This document shows positions 35,076-46,458 of a stretch of DNA of 64,000 nt, in pieces. The DNA lies in NCBI GenBank assembly GCA_964187785.1, contig OZ076409.1, positions 57,972,001-58,036,000 on the forward strand, written 5' to 3'. This stretch comes from Amphiscolops sp. MND2022 (taxonomy: Eukaryota). The notes under the pieces were generated by a model. The model searched no databases. It was not told where the DNA came from and was given only the letters and a program-made list of their open reading frames with translations. Made by a program: the position numbers and the translations under genes. How positions within the stretch are numbered: position 1 is the first letter of the stretch; the number at the start of each line of letters is the position of its first letter.

Positions 35076-38000
35076 ATGAGTTCAACTGAAGAGGATAATG
35101 TCCTTCAGCGACAAAGTCGAGGAGCTGGTTTTATGGAGAGTGAGTTGGAGTCTGAGTCTGTCGGTGGGTCTATCATTCGAGGTGAAGAAGAAGTTACTGG
35201 TAGTGGTGGTCGGGATGAGAATGAGGAGGCTGGTGTCAGTGCTGCTGGTTCGAAAATACGTGGGTTCGGCGAGAAAGATGTGGATGATGACGAGGCCGAG
35301 TGTCCCGAGGAGACTGGATCTGTTCATTCGGATAGCAGTGATGCCCGTCATGAACTTGACTATCTTGCCAATAAGAAAGGTAAACTTTTCTAGAAATTGA
35401 TAGGTGGCCAGCCTTTTCTAGGTGTCTGCGAACGCGTTCTTTTTGATCTCTACTTTGTATTTAGTGTCTGATGATGAAACTGATGACGATTATCGCCCTT
35501 CCGGTAGTACCCAATCTCAGGGCAAGAAGAAGCGTCGTGCCAGTCGTGTGCCTTCTGTCGGGAGTGTGGGGCCTTCCAGACGGGTAAAGTTGGCTGATAT
35601 AATCTCTGGGTCTATGCCTGTGCCGCCTACACTGCGTGACAGTTCTGGGAACGAGTATGAGCCGCCTGTCATCAGCGCATCCAAGACTCTTGAAAGTAGG
35701 TATTCTTTCTTCTTTCTTTGTATGGCGTTAGGAATTTTATGGGTGTATGGTTTTGTGCTTTCGTCCATATTATTCCTCTGGTTGTGCACTAATTGTGATG
35801 TTATAGTCGTTGATCCTGGGTCTCAGGCGGTACCGGCGACATCGGAGGAGAGTGATGTCTTTGTCTGTGATCCGTCGCAGGAAACCCCGGCTGCAGAGAG
35901 TGAGGCTGTGTCCGTGTTGCCTGATTCTGGGGCTCGTTTTGAGAGGAGACAGCACTATCGTCCAGCAGTTGGCCTGGAGCCGTCCACCATCCACAATGAA
36001 TGGGAAAAAGGTATGTGTATTTGGTTTGTGTTCTTCCATACTCTGATACTGGTGGTTTTATTGTTGGATGTTATCTGTCATTCGCCTGTGAGGAGGGGGG
36101 TTTCTTCATTTGTTAGTTGTAAGGCAAGGTTTTGTCTTCTGTTTAGCTGGATTAGAGTCTGTGCCTTCTGGGTCTCCAGTCATTATGTCTGCCGCACAGT
36201 GTGTGATGTTCGCTCGATGTGCTGCCCGGAGCGAACGGAATGAAGCCATGAAGGAGACGAAGACTTTGGCTAAACGTAAGTTGTTGTCTGCAACTCTTTT
36301 TATCTGCTGTTCTATGAACTGTTTTGTCTGTATTTTCCGTTTGGTCTGTCCTTTTACTGCTGTTTGTTTTCGGGTTTGATTTGCAGTTTTGATTTCCAGT
36401 TGTTGTGGAGAGTGTTGTGTTTTAGAATTCGAGGAGTTGTCCCGGCTGTTGAAGTCAAAAGGCATTGATGCCAATGATCCCAGTCGTGTGTTAGATCCCA
36501 TTGAAGTGCGGAAGGAAAAACTGTTGGCCCGCGACGAGGAAAAGGCGAAACGGCAGTCTGAGCGTCATGTCTTGACAAAGGCTATGTGTCATCATGCCCT
36601 CCCGCGTTTGTTCGTGAGTCGCCGCAGTGACAAGAATCCCAACGGGTTCAACTGTGCCATCTGCCGCAAGGATGTCTCCTTTCTGTCCCGGGGTCCTCGG
36701 GGTATTTGGCGGCATTTCAAATGCAAGGGGCATTACTTGAAAGACCGAAGATATCGTTACGATCATGAGGACGTTATCTTCACAGAAGATTTTGACGCGA
36801 TTCCCGTGGGTGAGATATCTGCAGAGTTGCGGGAAGAAATTGAGAAGACGCCCCCTGTTACGCTCGGCAAAATGAACCCTTTCCTTGAGGACGAGGTGGA
36901 TGCACTGGTTGGCGTCCCGTCCAATGTGCCACCTTCGACGCTCGTGGGTTGTCTTCTGGAGCTTCTTAGGAGTGGCGGTTCGCAAGTGTTCTTACGCCGC
37001 TTGTGGAACCAGTTTAGAACCACTCTGCCGGTCGAGAGCCCGTACGCTTCTGTTACCTGGAGCAAAACTGAGACTCTTGTGGTGTTGGTGCAGACACTGT
37101 ACCCACGTGTGCTGAAACGTGTGAGGACTTGGCTGGGAGACAGTCCCTTTAGCCTGATACTACAGCAGTCCCGTTCCAGCGTGAGATGTTTTGTTCGGTG
37201 TTGCACAGATGACTCGACCCGTGAGATTTGTATCGCTGATGAAGATCAGGCTGCTGTTTCCTGTGAATCCGAAATTCAATGCTTGTCTCGTGCCTTATCG
37301 TTGGTGTCAACTCGTCGTGGACCCGTCTCTGTTGAGAATTGTTCTCCAGTTCTTTTCAACGCCTATGTCGATTGGTGTCGAGCAGTCGGGCGGCCTGTGC
37401 CTCTAGTTGCTGTGTCTTTTGATGGTGATCTGTTGCGGCGTATCGTGAACGATGCTGGTCTGTCGTGTGTGGGATCAGTGGATGCCTTCGCTGTGGTTGA
37501 GTATCTTGTGCAGCGTTTGAAGAGGGTCCGCCATCAGGCCTGGCTCCTGAATCTGCCCCAATTCCGTCTCTGCCTGGATAGTGGTGAAGTGTCATTTGCT
37601 GTTCTCTGTGATGTTCTGGAGGAGTTGTTGTCAAATTGGTCGGATATAAAGATTTGTCTTGCTAACGAAATGCTGCTGATGAAGAAGTCCATTAATGTGG
37701 TGGATCTTGATTCTTTGCTGTGTTCGGACCGATTGGGACTGCCGCGTCTCGCCTTGTTGCATGTGGTATTGCTGTGTTTCCGGACTAACTGTGCGAAGCT
37801 ATTTGATCCATCAGTTAAGGATTATGCCTGCAGGAACTTCGTTGACTTCTGTTTTTTCTACTGGAGTCTGCTGAGTAAGGTCAAGAAGGTGGGTCAGTTG
37901 CCTTCAATTGATTGTTGGTCTGAGTATATCGACCAGCCCTTAACAAATTGGCCCAACGTTGCTGCTGGTGAGTGTCTCCAAGGTGAGCCTAGTATCCTAA

Positions 38001-38842
38001 AGGCTCTGCGTGGGTTTGACGTTACGCCTCGACGAGCTTTCTTGAAGGAGTGTCAGACTTTCTTGCTGGAGTTGCTCAAACAGCTCAGGGCATCCAGTTA
38101 CGCCAGTTCTCGGGTCGCCCGCTCTCTCAGTTGCCTGAGTGTGGACATGTTGCTCGGCGGAGATGCAGGTTACGTTGTGGAGTTGTTTCAGGACTTGGTC
38201 GCCTGTTTCCAGGAAGCTGGTTATTTGGGTAGTCTGGATCGAGAAGCTGCTGTAAACGAGTTCAAGTCATTGGTGGTGGATCTTCGGCAGTTATCGACCG
38301 ATGCCTCTCAGATCAAGGACGTGTTCGTTTATCTGGAGGATAATACCAGTTATCAGTGCCGCGCCCATGTGAAACAAGTAGTTCGTCTTGTGCGTGTTAT
38401 TGTTGGGCCTGCTCCTGCTGCCATGCCTGTTGTGGACATCTCTATGAGTGGAACAAATCTGCCGCCTAGTGTTATCCGTTCTGGGCTGAGTGCTGTTCAG
38501 TCATTTGTTTTGCATCCAAAGTTTGTCGTTGGTGAGTTGCTGACCGTAGGGTGTCTGGAGGAGTTAAAAGTCAACCTGCCTGTTGGGCATCGGTTCCTGG
38601 CACGGACTGAGTTTGATCCTTGGACTGATGTATGCCGCCATTCTCGTGCTGGGATTTTTAATGACTTGCTCCAGTGTTATACGGCGTATTATACAGGGCA
38701 GGTTGAGGAGTGGAGGGCCCGTGTGACAACTGTTGGTGCTTCTACCAGTGCTGTTCCTGGGGGCAGTCAAAGTGGAGCTGGTTCTTCGTCAAAAGGACCG
38801 AAGAGTGGTACCCGGGCAACGCGGTCTGGGAAGTCGACTTGA
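35076..38842 (+). CDS. Antisense five-exon accessory gene of C (predicted 1,094 aa): acidic N-terminus, C2H2/BED-like zinc finger, degenerate hAT-transposase-like body
   Basis: Exons 35076-35379, 35465-35695, 35807-36010, 36147-36275 and 36426-38842 are joined by four phase-1 GT-AG introns that keep frame (3,285 nt). FNCAIC...WRHFKCKGH finger; homologous to B's antisense gene. Confidence 0.82.
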
Positions 38843-39199
38843 AGACATGATGATTTGAACTTTTGCTGATGGATTGATTGACTCCTTGTATATAGACTGT
38901 TTATTTATTTGTTGCTTGTATTAGCGGTTCCGCAAGTCGGTTCCTTTGTAGTGAATCAAAAATACACAGAATGATATGCTCTGGTATTATAGGGCAAAGA
39001 AAAAAAAAATCAGAAAAAACAGAGAGGAGAAGTTGAGGCAGCTCAGTGCTTTCCTGGGCTAATTAATTCAGTATTTAGCCTCCGAATTGTTTTCATCCAA
39101 GTCGTAGGGTATAGTAGTTTGAGTGAAAGCCATTGTGAAATGAAGAGATTTTGAGGTTCAGTTTGTAGGGATGCTGTCTAGGCCAGTGCCTGGGGCTAA

Positions 39200-42100
39200 T
39201 TAATTTTCTGATCTCGGGCTGCCGTCTGGGCCGAGGTCTGCTAAAACTTGAAATTCTGGGTCGTCGTCCAGGCTACCGGTTGATTGTGCCGGGCTTGTTG
39301 AGTTAGCTGTTAAGGCATTGTAATAGGCGTAATCGGGCTTCCAATTTGACGTCGGGTTTCTTCGAAGATTGTATTGGGATTTTCGGGGGGATTTAGGTGT
39401 ATCTGTGTTTTCTTCGGGTATATCATCTAGGTCGACTGTTGGGTCCTGTGTCTGATCACTTGGGTAGGTTGGGGTAGGTTCGGGTTCGTATGCCAGGTTA
39501 GGGCTTGGGGGTTCAGGGTGGGTGGGGGCATTGTCTGTTACGGGGGTTGGCAGTGTGATCTCGGGTTCGGGCGATTGTTTATTTTCGGGTTGGGGTGGGC
39601 ATTCGTTGTATAGCTCTTCCCACGCCATTGCAAAGAGGTCGTCGTGTTGAATTGTTACTTCAGTATCCTGCTGGTAATCTTTGGGTGGAACTGTAATGTC
39701 AGGCAGTTTTTGGCTGCTTGCAAAGGGGCGGAGTCTGATTCTGTGCAGGATCTGGGTGAAATTGGTTTGTAGCTTGCGTATAAGGTAATTATTGTTAGGC
39801 AGAGTTTTGACCACGATATATGGTCCCGTCCAAAGGTATTCTCTAAACGGCAGTTTCGTCGCTTGGCTATGCGCCTTTGGATGTAAAGCATAGCAGTAGT
39901 CGTTTACTACCAAGGGGTGAGCTGATGCTTTCCGGTCATAATAGCGTTTATGTCGGACGTAAGCTTGCATCAGGGCTTGTTGACTGTTGTTGAGGATTTG
40001 TTGTGTTTGCTTCAACACTCCCTCGGCTATTTCGTGGTTGATTGTGGAGGACGCCTGTGGCTTGATGCCGTATTTGAGGTCAAGTACATTGTATGGTACT
40101 CTTCCATGGAAAACTCGGCTGGGTTCACAGCCCAGTGACGTGTGGTATGAGGTATTGTAATTTAATACCGCCATTGGTAAAAATTGGTGCCACATCGTTC
40201 GCCTCTCTCCTGTCATGATCTTTAGGCTTTCTTTGAGGGAGGCGTGCGTCCTTTCCAGGATGCCAATTGTCTGGGCATGTTTGGTAGTGGCATGTTTCAG
40301 TTGGATTCCAAGGACAGCTGTTGTTTGTTGCATTGCCTCCGATATGAACTGGGATCCTTTGTCTGTTATTATCGTTGTGGGAAGGTAACAGTGTCTTGTT
40401 ATGATATCTGTGAGGACCCGCGTGACAGTCTTGGTATCGACCCTGGCGACACTATAAGCGAAAAGGTATCGGGAGAATACATCCATCGCTGTAATGACTG
40501 CGGTATATCCTCCTGATGGGTCGTCGAACGGGACGATGTCCATTTGTAGCGCGTCTTCTGGGCCCAGTGCTACTTTAGACATGTCGATCAGTGGAGGTGT
40601 GATGTTGGCATTTGGGGTCCTTTTCGTCTGCGCACATTCTGGACACTGTGTAATGTGCGTGGCTATGCGGGCGGCTAGTCCTGGGAAGTAATATTTTTCG
40701 CGGCACTGCTGGATGGTTTTGGCTATGCCTGGGTGTTTTCCGAATTTGCCATGGTGGTGTTGTATGAATTCATCGACCAATTGTTGGGGGAGCAATACTT
40801 GCAGATATTTGACTTTGCCTGTGTCGCCAAAGTATTGTCTGTACAGGAGCCCATCCTTGATGATGATGCGGTCGTCCTGAGTGAGGTACTTGGCTGCTCT
40901 GGGGTCATCATTCAGTAGTTGGGTGTCATATGGTTCTTTTAGGATTTTCAGTTTGAGGTTTCTAAGAACGGGGTCCTGGTCTTGGTGTGGTCTCAAACTG
41001 CGTGGGAAACTAGTGTCATTGTGTAGTAGACGCCGCTGTTCCTGTTCTGGGTCTTGGATGTTGTTACAGACCAGGGGTAGGTTCTCAGGTTGAGAGATGG
41101 TTTGGTCAGTTTCGTTCATTGGATCAGTGCTTTTTTGATATGGTGAATAGATCTGTTTGCGGGCTTGTTGTTTCCGCTCCCAGATGTCCTCTTCGGTCTC
41201 TGAGTCGTCCTCTGGTAAAAAATAGAATTGATCTTCCTCATGGATGTCGGAAGATTGGATGTTCACCTGGATCGGTGTAGTTTGTATATCTTCTCTGATT
41301 TGGAGAAGGACTTTTTCTTTGGGGTTGATGTCGAGACGGGAGAGGAAATCAGCTGCAGTATTCATTCTCCCTGGCACATGGGCGATCTTGAAGTGAAATT
41401 GTAATACGAAATCGCAGGCATTCCAGAGGGAGGGAGGAATCATCTTGGTTTGAAAAAACCTGGTGACTGATTTATTGTCAGTTAAGACAATAGTTGGTTT
41501 GGAGGAACCCCACAAGATGTGGCTGTATTCCATAAATGCAAAATAGATGGCCAAGAATTCTTTGGCGTAGATCGACATTTTCAGCTGGGACGGTGAAAAG
41601 GTCTTTGATCCAAATGCCACTGGAGCGTAAGTCTTCTTGGTGGAGGTGATCTTTTGTTCGGGGTCCTCTTCTGTCATCAAGGCATATCCGGCGTTCTTGA
41701 AGCTTGCGTCTGTCATTAGCACGTACTGCCGGTTTGGCAGTGGCTGTTTGAGCCAAAGGTCGCATGCGTTGTGCAGTGACTTGTTGATGGCTTCAAAGTT
41801 GGAAATGAGGTCTTGGTCGATCTTTACCGGTTTGTCTGATTTGATCAGTTCATGGAACGGGGCGATTTTCTCTGACAATCGGGGAATGTAATTTCTGTAG
41901 TAGTTTACAAACCCGATGTATCTTTGAAGTCCCTTCTTCGTTCGGGGGAATTTGATGGTTTGGAGGTGTTTCTGGATCTTGTGGGTCTGGGGTGCCACTC
42001 CTGCTGGGGAAATCGTTTGCCCAAGGAATTCGACTTCCTTGGCGCCAAACTGACATTTGGCCATGGTGAGCCGGAGTCCTGCAGCGCGGATGCATTGGAA

Positions 42101-44980
42101 GACCTCTCTCAAGTTGTTCTTCAACTCCTCGGGAGTGTTGGTGGCGATTCCAATGTCATCTACGTACTGGGCGCATTTGTCCGCCTTTATGGCTTTGTCA
42201 AGATATTCCCTCATGAAACTGGAGAAGGACGAGAGTGAGCGGCTCAGGCCCTGGGCTAGCCTGAGGTACGCAAATGTCCTGCTGGCAAAGTTGAAGGCTA
42301 GGAGTTGCACTGATTTCTGGTCTGCCATTTGCAGCACGTGGTAAGCTTGTGAACAATCAAGCTTACAGAACAACTTTTTGCCAGCGAGGTGTTGCGCTGC
42401 GTCGGTCAATGTGCTCACGGGATGATTGTTGTTAATGTAGTCATCGGAGATTAGGTTGTTGATCTTCCTGAGGTCAACCAGGAGACGCAGGCGGCCATTT
42501 GGTTTCCGTTGGGCGAAGATGGGACTAGCATACTTGCTGAACGGGAGGGTGGTGATGATCCCGAAGTAATGCATTAGTGCCAACTCGACTGTCAGATCCT
42601 CTTTCAGGTTAATGGGGCACGGCAAGCTCTGTGAATAGACGGGGTCGTCAGTTTTTGGGGTGAGCTTGATTTTAAAGTCGTGGTTGATCCCGATGTCTAG
42701 TCGGTGTCTCGCGAAGATGTCATTGAACTCTATCAGGATTTCCTCAATGTCTTTCTGGTCATTTTCTGTTAGCTGGGAATCATCCCATTTAAAGTTTTTG
42801 AGGAATGCCTCTCGGTCTTCAGTATTGTTATTGGGGTCCAGTTTCTGGATCTCTTCCAGTTCCTTGATTTCCCTCAGTATTCTGCTTTGAATCGGCGTGT
42901 GGGTACTAGGGTCGCCAGGATTGTCCGGTGTAGGAAACCAAAAGTTTTGGTTGTTTGATGGTTTTTCTGAGGTTTTCAGAAGCTCATTGATGTACACTAG
43001 CGCTTCTTCGGAGTCGTCTTCGGTCAGCACTTTAAGTGCTGCTGTGTTCAGTGGTCTGAGTTCTTTGGCCTCTTCCGGGGACAGGATTTTGAACTCGGCG
43101 ATTGTGGTGTTGCGTTTAATAGTGAAAGGTGTAGGGGTGGTGTTGGTGACTCTGATGTCGATTTTCCTGTTGGAAGCTGTTGAGATGGAGCTGGCTACTA
43201 CTAGGGGGTCACCACTACAATGGTTGGTAGCTGGGTTTATGACACCGGTTGTGTCAACGTTTGATGGTGTGTCTGTGGAGCCCGTGATTGTCTGTGTCGT
43301 TTCCGGGGGAATCGTGAGTGGGTTCTTGATCTGTACTTTATACAATTTCCTGTTACGTGTATATTCATCAGTTTCGATTGAATATGTGAGGTGGGGGAAG
43401 TGTAACAGGCCTTGGCTCACGTCCAGGATTGCGCTATTGTTTTTGAGGAATGTAAGGCCAAGTATCGGGCCAGTCAGGCGTTTGGCTACGATAAAGGTTT
43501 CTTTGAAGTTCCAGTCTCCGATCTCGAATTGGAGGATGATTGTTTTGGTAGGTGTCTCAATGTCGCCGTTTGCGACTTGAAGTTTGAAGGGGGGAGGTTC
43601 CAATTCTTTGACTACATCTTTGGGGGACATTTGGATGATTTTGTTGTAATCTGTTTCAGAGATGCAGTTTACGAGAGCGCCAGAATCGATGAGGGCGTCC
43701 AGGGTCAAGTCCTGGAAATCCATGGGTGCGAAGAGCATTTTCTTCTTCTTTTTAAGTGATACCGCTGAGAAGATCGGTATGCACTCTTCTTTGGTGATGG
43801 GGTCTCTCGTGAGGAATTCCGCAATCTGGGCCAGGGGGTAGGACTGGGGTTCGTCCTGGGATGGTGAGTCGTCTGCTACACCTGGGGGGAATCCAGATTG
43901 CGTGTTAGTTGCGGCAGAGGTGAGGGGTCGAGGGTCCTCGACTTCGTTTTCGGTCTGCCTGCTTGAGAGAGAGAGGTAGACGTTGGTTTCTCTGGTTGGG
44001 TTTTCGTTATTCCTCGGATATTCTGCAGTCTGCTGGGGGAGGTAGGACCTGGGAGTGTCCTGTTGTGGTGCGCCGTTTGCGGCACCTGAGGGCGATCCAG
44101 ACTGCATGTTGGTTGCGTCAGCCATGATGTGTCGACCAAAGTCGGTGTCGTCTTCTAGCTGGCTATTGAGGATGGGGTGTGAGACCTGGGTCTCGCTGAG
44201 AGTTGGTGGCTCCAAGAGTAGGGATCTCTTGATGCGTTTTGTTGTGGGTTTGGAGGTGATTGTCTCCGGATTGTGTGTATTTTGGGCTAGGTCCACGGCT
44301 TCGTTCGTGGTCCTGTGGGCGATGTCTTTGTGTTGGTGGCTATCTGGTGCCACGTCCATTGTTGGGGATCGGATGATGCCGGCTCTAATAGGGTTTGTTG
44401 ACTGTTCCCTTGATGGAGAATGGGGAGCAGTGGCATGTGATCCTTGGTTTTTGAGTATGGGTCTGAGATTGTCTTGTGGGAGATCAACTATGATCTTTGT
44501 CACATGTTCCGCGTCCTGGTCGTAATTGGGGATGGGTTGGACGGTTTTGGACCTGTGGCGTGGCTCGGTGGAAATGTTCATCCCTGTTGTTCTGATATAC
44601 TCTTCAAATGGCGTGCATTCCTGGTGTTTGAAGGTTAGTGTTGTTTTGTCGTATAGTTGAGGGTTATAGTAGGGGTCGCAGTTGAAGTCCGAGTCGTGGA
44701 AGTATGTTTCAGGGGTAGTGCTTTCTGGTAGGGGTCGTTTGGGAGTATTGTACTCAGTCGGGTTGTCGAGGTACCACTGGGGGTAGTCCTTCTTTGTGAT
44801 GTGTCGACGGTTGTATTTATGGAGCTTATGGATCTGCCATCTTCGCTGCCAGTCGAGAGATGGTTCTTCATTTCGCTCAGTGTTTCCTTCTTTGTCGTAT
44901 GAATTTGGGGGTTCAGATGTTGTGTACTGTCGCATTTCGACAGTCTCCCCAAATCGAAGATGTGGCGATTCTAGTTTTTT
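39200..44980 (-). CDS. pol: Pol of element C (PR, dUTPase-like linker, RT, RNase H, integrase), -1 frameshift from gag
   Basis: 1,911-aa ORF with LIDSGA, QYVDD, MTDAS, HPG...CPEC, ITDKGSQF, WTGPY; frame open up to the A AAA AAC heptamer at 44974-44980. Confidence 0.97.
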   Translation of the reverse strand, partial: KKLESPHLRFGETVEMRQYTTSEPPNSYDKEGNTERNEEPSLDWQRRWQIHKLHKYNRRHITKKDYPQWYLDNPTEYNTPKRPLPESTTPETYFHDSDFNCDPYYNPQLYDKTTLTFKHQECTPFEEYIRTTGMNISTEPRHRSKTVQPIPNYDQDAEHVTKIIVDLPQDNLRPILKNQGSHATAPHSPSREQSTNPIRAGIIRSPTMDVAPDSHQHKDIAHRTTNEAVDLAQNTHNPETITSKPTTKRIKRSLLLEPPTLSETQVSHPILNSQLEDDTDFGRHIMADATNMQSGSPSGAANGAPQQDTPRSYLPQQTAEYPRNNENPTRETNVYLSLSSRQTENEVEDPRPLTSAATNTQSGFPPGVADDSPSQDEPQSYPLAQIAEFLTRDPITKEECIPIFSAVSLKKKKKMLFAPMDFQDLTLDALIDSGALVNCISETDYNKIIQMSPKDVVKELEPPPFKLQVANGDIETPTKTIILQFEIGDWNFKETFIVAKRLTGPILGLTFLKNNSAILDVSQGLLHFPHLTYSIETDEYTRNRKLYKVQIKNPLTIPPETTQTITGSTDTPSNVDTTGVINPATNHCSGDPLVVASSISTASNRKIDIRVTNTTPTPFTIKRNTTIAEFKILSPEEAKELRPLNTAALKVLTEDDSEEALVYINELLKTSEKPSNNQNFWFPTPDNPGDPSTHTPIQSRILREIKELEEIQKLDPNNNTEDREAFLKNFKWDDSQLTENDQKDIEEILIEFNDIFARHRLDIGINHDFKIKLTPKTDDPVYSQSLPCPINLKEDLTVELALMHYFGIITTLPFSKYASPIFAQRKPNGRLRLLVDLRKINNLISDDYINNNHPVSTLTDAAQHLAGKKLFCKLDCSQAYHVLQMADQKSVQLLAFNFASRTFAYLRLAQGLSRSLSSFSSFMREYLDKAIKADKCAQYVDDIGIATNTPEELKNNLREVFQCIRAAGLRLTMAKCQFGAKEVEFLGQTISPAGVAPQTHKIQKHLQTIKFPRTKKGLQRYIGFVNYYRNYIPRLSEKIAPFHELIKSDKPVKIDQDLISNFEAINKSLHNACDLWLKQPLPNRQYVLMTDASFKNAGYALMTEEDPEQKITSTKKTYAPVAFGSKTFSPSQLKMSIYAKEFLAIYFAFMEYSHILWGSSKPTIVLTDNKSVTRFFQTKMIPPSLWNACDFVLQFHFKIAHVPGRMNTAADFLSRLDINPKEKVLLQIREDIQTTPIQVNIQSSDIHEEDQFYFLPEDDSETEEDIWERKQQARKQIYSPYQKSTDPMNETDQTISQPENLPLVCNNIQDPEQEQRRLLHNDTSFPRSLRPHQDQDPVLRNLKLKILKEPYDTQLLNDDPRAAKYLTQDDRIIIKDGLLYRQYFGDTGKVKYLQVLLPQQLVDEFIQHHHGKFGKHPGIAKTIQQCREKYYFPGLAARIATHITQCPECAQTKRTPNANITPPLIDMSKVALGPEDALQMDIVPFDDPSGGYTAVITAMDVFSRYLFAYSVARVDTKTVTRVLTDIITRHCYLPTTIITDKGSQFISEAMQQTTAVLGIQLKHATTKHAQTIGILERTHASLKESLKIMTGERRTMWHQFLPMAVLNYNTSYHTSLGCEPSRVFHGRVPYNVLDLKYGIKPQASSTINHEIAEGVLKQTQQILNNSQQALMQAYVRHKRYYDRKASAHPLVVNDYCYALHPKAHSQATKLPFREYLWTGPYIVVKTLPNNNYLIRKLQTNFTQILHRIRLRPFASSQKLPDITVPPKDYQQDTEVTIQHDDLFAMAWEELYNECPPQPENKQSPEPEITLPTPVTDNAPTHPEPPSPNLAYEPEPTPTYPSDQTQDPTVDLDDIPEENTDTPKSPRKSQYNLRRNPTSNWKPDYAYYNALTANSTSPAQSTGSLDDDPEFQVLADLGPDGSPRSEN

Positions 44981-46458
44981 GAGTGGCTGAGGTTCTGACT
45001 TGAGTTTTGGGGTTGAGTAGTCTGCGGGAGCATGGGTGGGTAGCCCGTTTGGCTATGTGTTTGGTTTTCGTATGTTTGCTGGTGGGTTGATGGGTTGTCC
45101 GAGGGGTATTGACCTTGGGCATTTTGTGGCAACGGGATGTTATTCGGGGGAGTTGTCTTAGGTGTCTTCCACCATTGAGGTCTATTTGCCCAGTTGGCTC
45201 CGGAATAACACTCTTGGGTCGTATGGCTTTTCTTGCCACAGGTTTCACATGGGTTTGTGATTTTGGTTGGTACCCGGTTGCCTCGGTTACGGGCTTCCCG
45301 AGCTGTTTTCCGGCAGTTCTTTATTACATGGCCTGGGTGGCCACATCCAAAGCACGGGCCTGCCGGTTTGGGTGGATTGGCGGTTTGTTGTGGGATGTCT
45401 TGTACATCGATTTGGTGTACTCCCGTTATGTTTGTTTCGCTTGGGGCTAGGAGTCCGTTTAACTCCATCTCGCGTTCCAGGTGTTGGACCATGAGGTCGT
45501 ATGACTCTGTCTCTAGTCTTGCCTGGTTGAGGACTCGTTTTAAATGGGCTGGCATTTTTGCATAGAATGAGGTTTCTATGAACTTTGGGGCGTCGTCGCC
45601 ATATGCCTCCTGTGCCAATTTTTGATACTGCTCCAAGAAATCTTGGAAGGTTTGGCGAGTAGGGTCAAAGTAAAGTTGTTCCCACTTACATCTTGCTGTA
45701 GCTATCGATTGTGGGCGTACATACCGTCTGCGAAAGGTGGCGATGATGTCATCTAGGCTGGTGCGGTTTGCATCGGTCATGTTGCGATAGGTTTGGAGTG
45801 CATCGCCTCTCAGGAGGGAGTGGAAATAGTGGATTTGCTCCTCTTCTGAGATGTTTGGGTAGACTTTGAGGCTCGTCATAAACAGATCTTCGAAATGCTC
45901 GAACTTGTCGTTGCGGCCATCGAACGTTGGCATAGTCGTTGAGAGTGCCTTTGGTAGTCTGGGTAATCCCACGTTCTGTTGTGTGGCGTTTTTTAAGGAT
46001 TCGAGTAGTTTGTCTACGATATCGTCTGGATATCTCATGTTGGGCGGCGGTAGACTTGATGACCGGGCGGGTATGTCCTGGGTTGTGGTAACTCCTGTCA
46101 CCATGTGTTGACCGTGATTTAACCGTAAATCATTCGGTTCAACCGTTCCGGGTCTAAAATATGTATTCTCCAAGTCTTCATCATCGGGATCGTGGTGTGC
46201 GTTGTAGGACGGTTTTTCTGCTAGAGTGTCTATCTTAGAGGCTAGATTCTCTATCATTTTTAAAATCTCACGTTGTCCGATTTCCGTGTCTTTAATTCTT
46301 TTGCTGACGGACTTTTCTATTTTTTCTGATAACTCGTTAAAATCCTTGTCAGACAAGCAAGGGGTATTCTCAGTCCTCATGCTGGAAGACTCAGGTTCGT
46401 CTACTGAATTCACTGGGGAATCTCGCCTAGCTTTCCTTTTCGAGCTTCTCTCGGGCAT
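44971..46458 (-). CDS. gag: Gag of element C (first ATG 46458, 118 codons inside the LTR)
   Basis: FEHFEDLF, HLEREMELNGL, knuckles CFGCGHPGHVIKNC and CETCGKKSHTTQEC. Confidence 0.95.
   Translation of the reverse strand: MPERSSKRKARRDSPVNSVDEPESSSMRTENTPCLSDKDFNELSEKIEKSVSKRIKDTEIGQREILKMIENLASKIDTLAEKPSYNAHHDPDDEDLENTYFRPGTVEPNDLRLNHGQHMVTGVTTTQDIPARSSSLPPPNMRYPDDIVDKLLESLKNATQQNVGLPRLPKALSTTMPTFDGRNDKFEHFEDLFMTSLKVYPNISEEEQIHYFHSLLRGDALQTYRNMTDANRTSLDDIIATFRRRYVRPQSIATARCKWEQLYFDPTRQTFQDFLEQYQKLAQEAYGDDAPKFIETSFYAKMPAHLKRVLNQARLETESYDLMVQHLEREMELNGLLAPSETNITGVHQIDVQDIPQQTANPPKPAGPCFGCGHPGHVIKNCRKTAREARNRGNRVPTKITNPCETCGKKSHTTQECYSGANWANRPQWWKTPKTTPPNNIPLPQNAQGQYPSDNPSTHQQTYENQTHSQTGYPPMLPQTTQPQNSSQNLSHSKN
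46091..46103 (-). promoter_or_regulatory. Primer-binding site of C (TGGTGACAGGAGT)
   Basis: Directly follows the LTR-terminal CA. Confidence 0.88.

Noticed and set aside
35422..36243. Env-like or transmembrane protein (hydrophobic stretches in the 273-aa ORF)
   Set aside because: The hydrophobic stretches coincide with predicted T-rich introns (35696-35806, 36011-36146), and the ORF is antisense to gag-pol.
35076..38842. Independent hAT transposon inserted into C
   Set aside because: No TIRs or 8-bp TSD seen, first catalytic Asp missing, and a diverged homologue occupies the same position and orientation in B.
39950..44990. Many + strand ORFs over C's pol (and similar ones over A and B)
   Set aside because: Shadow ORFs on the reverse strand of genuine coding sequence.
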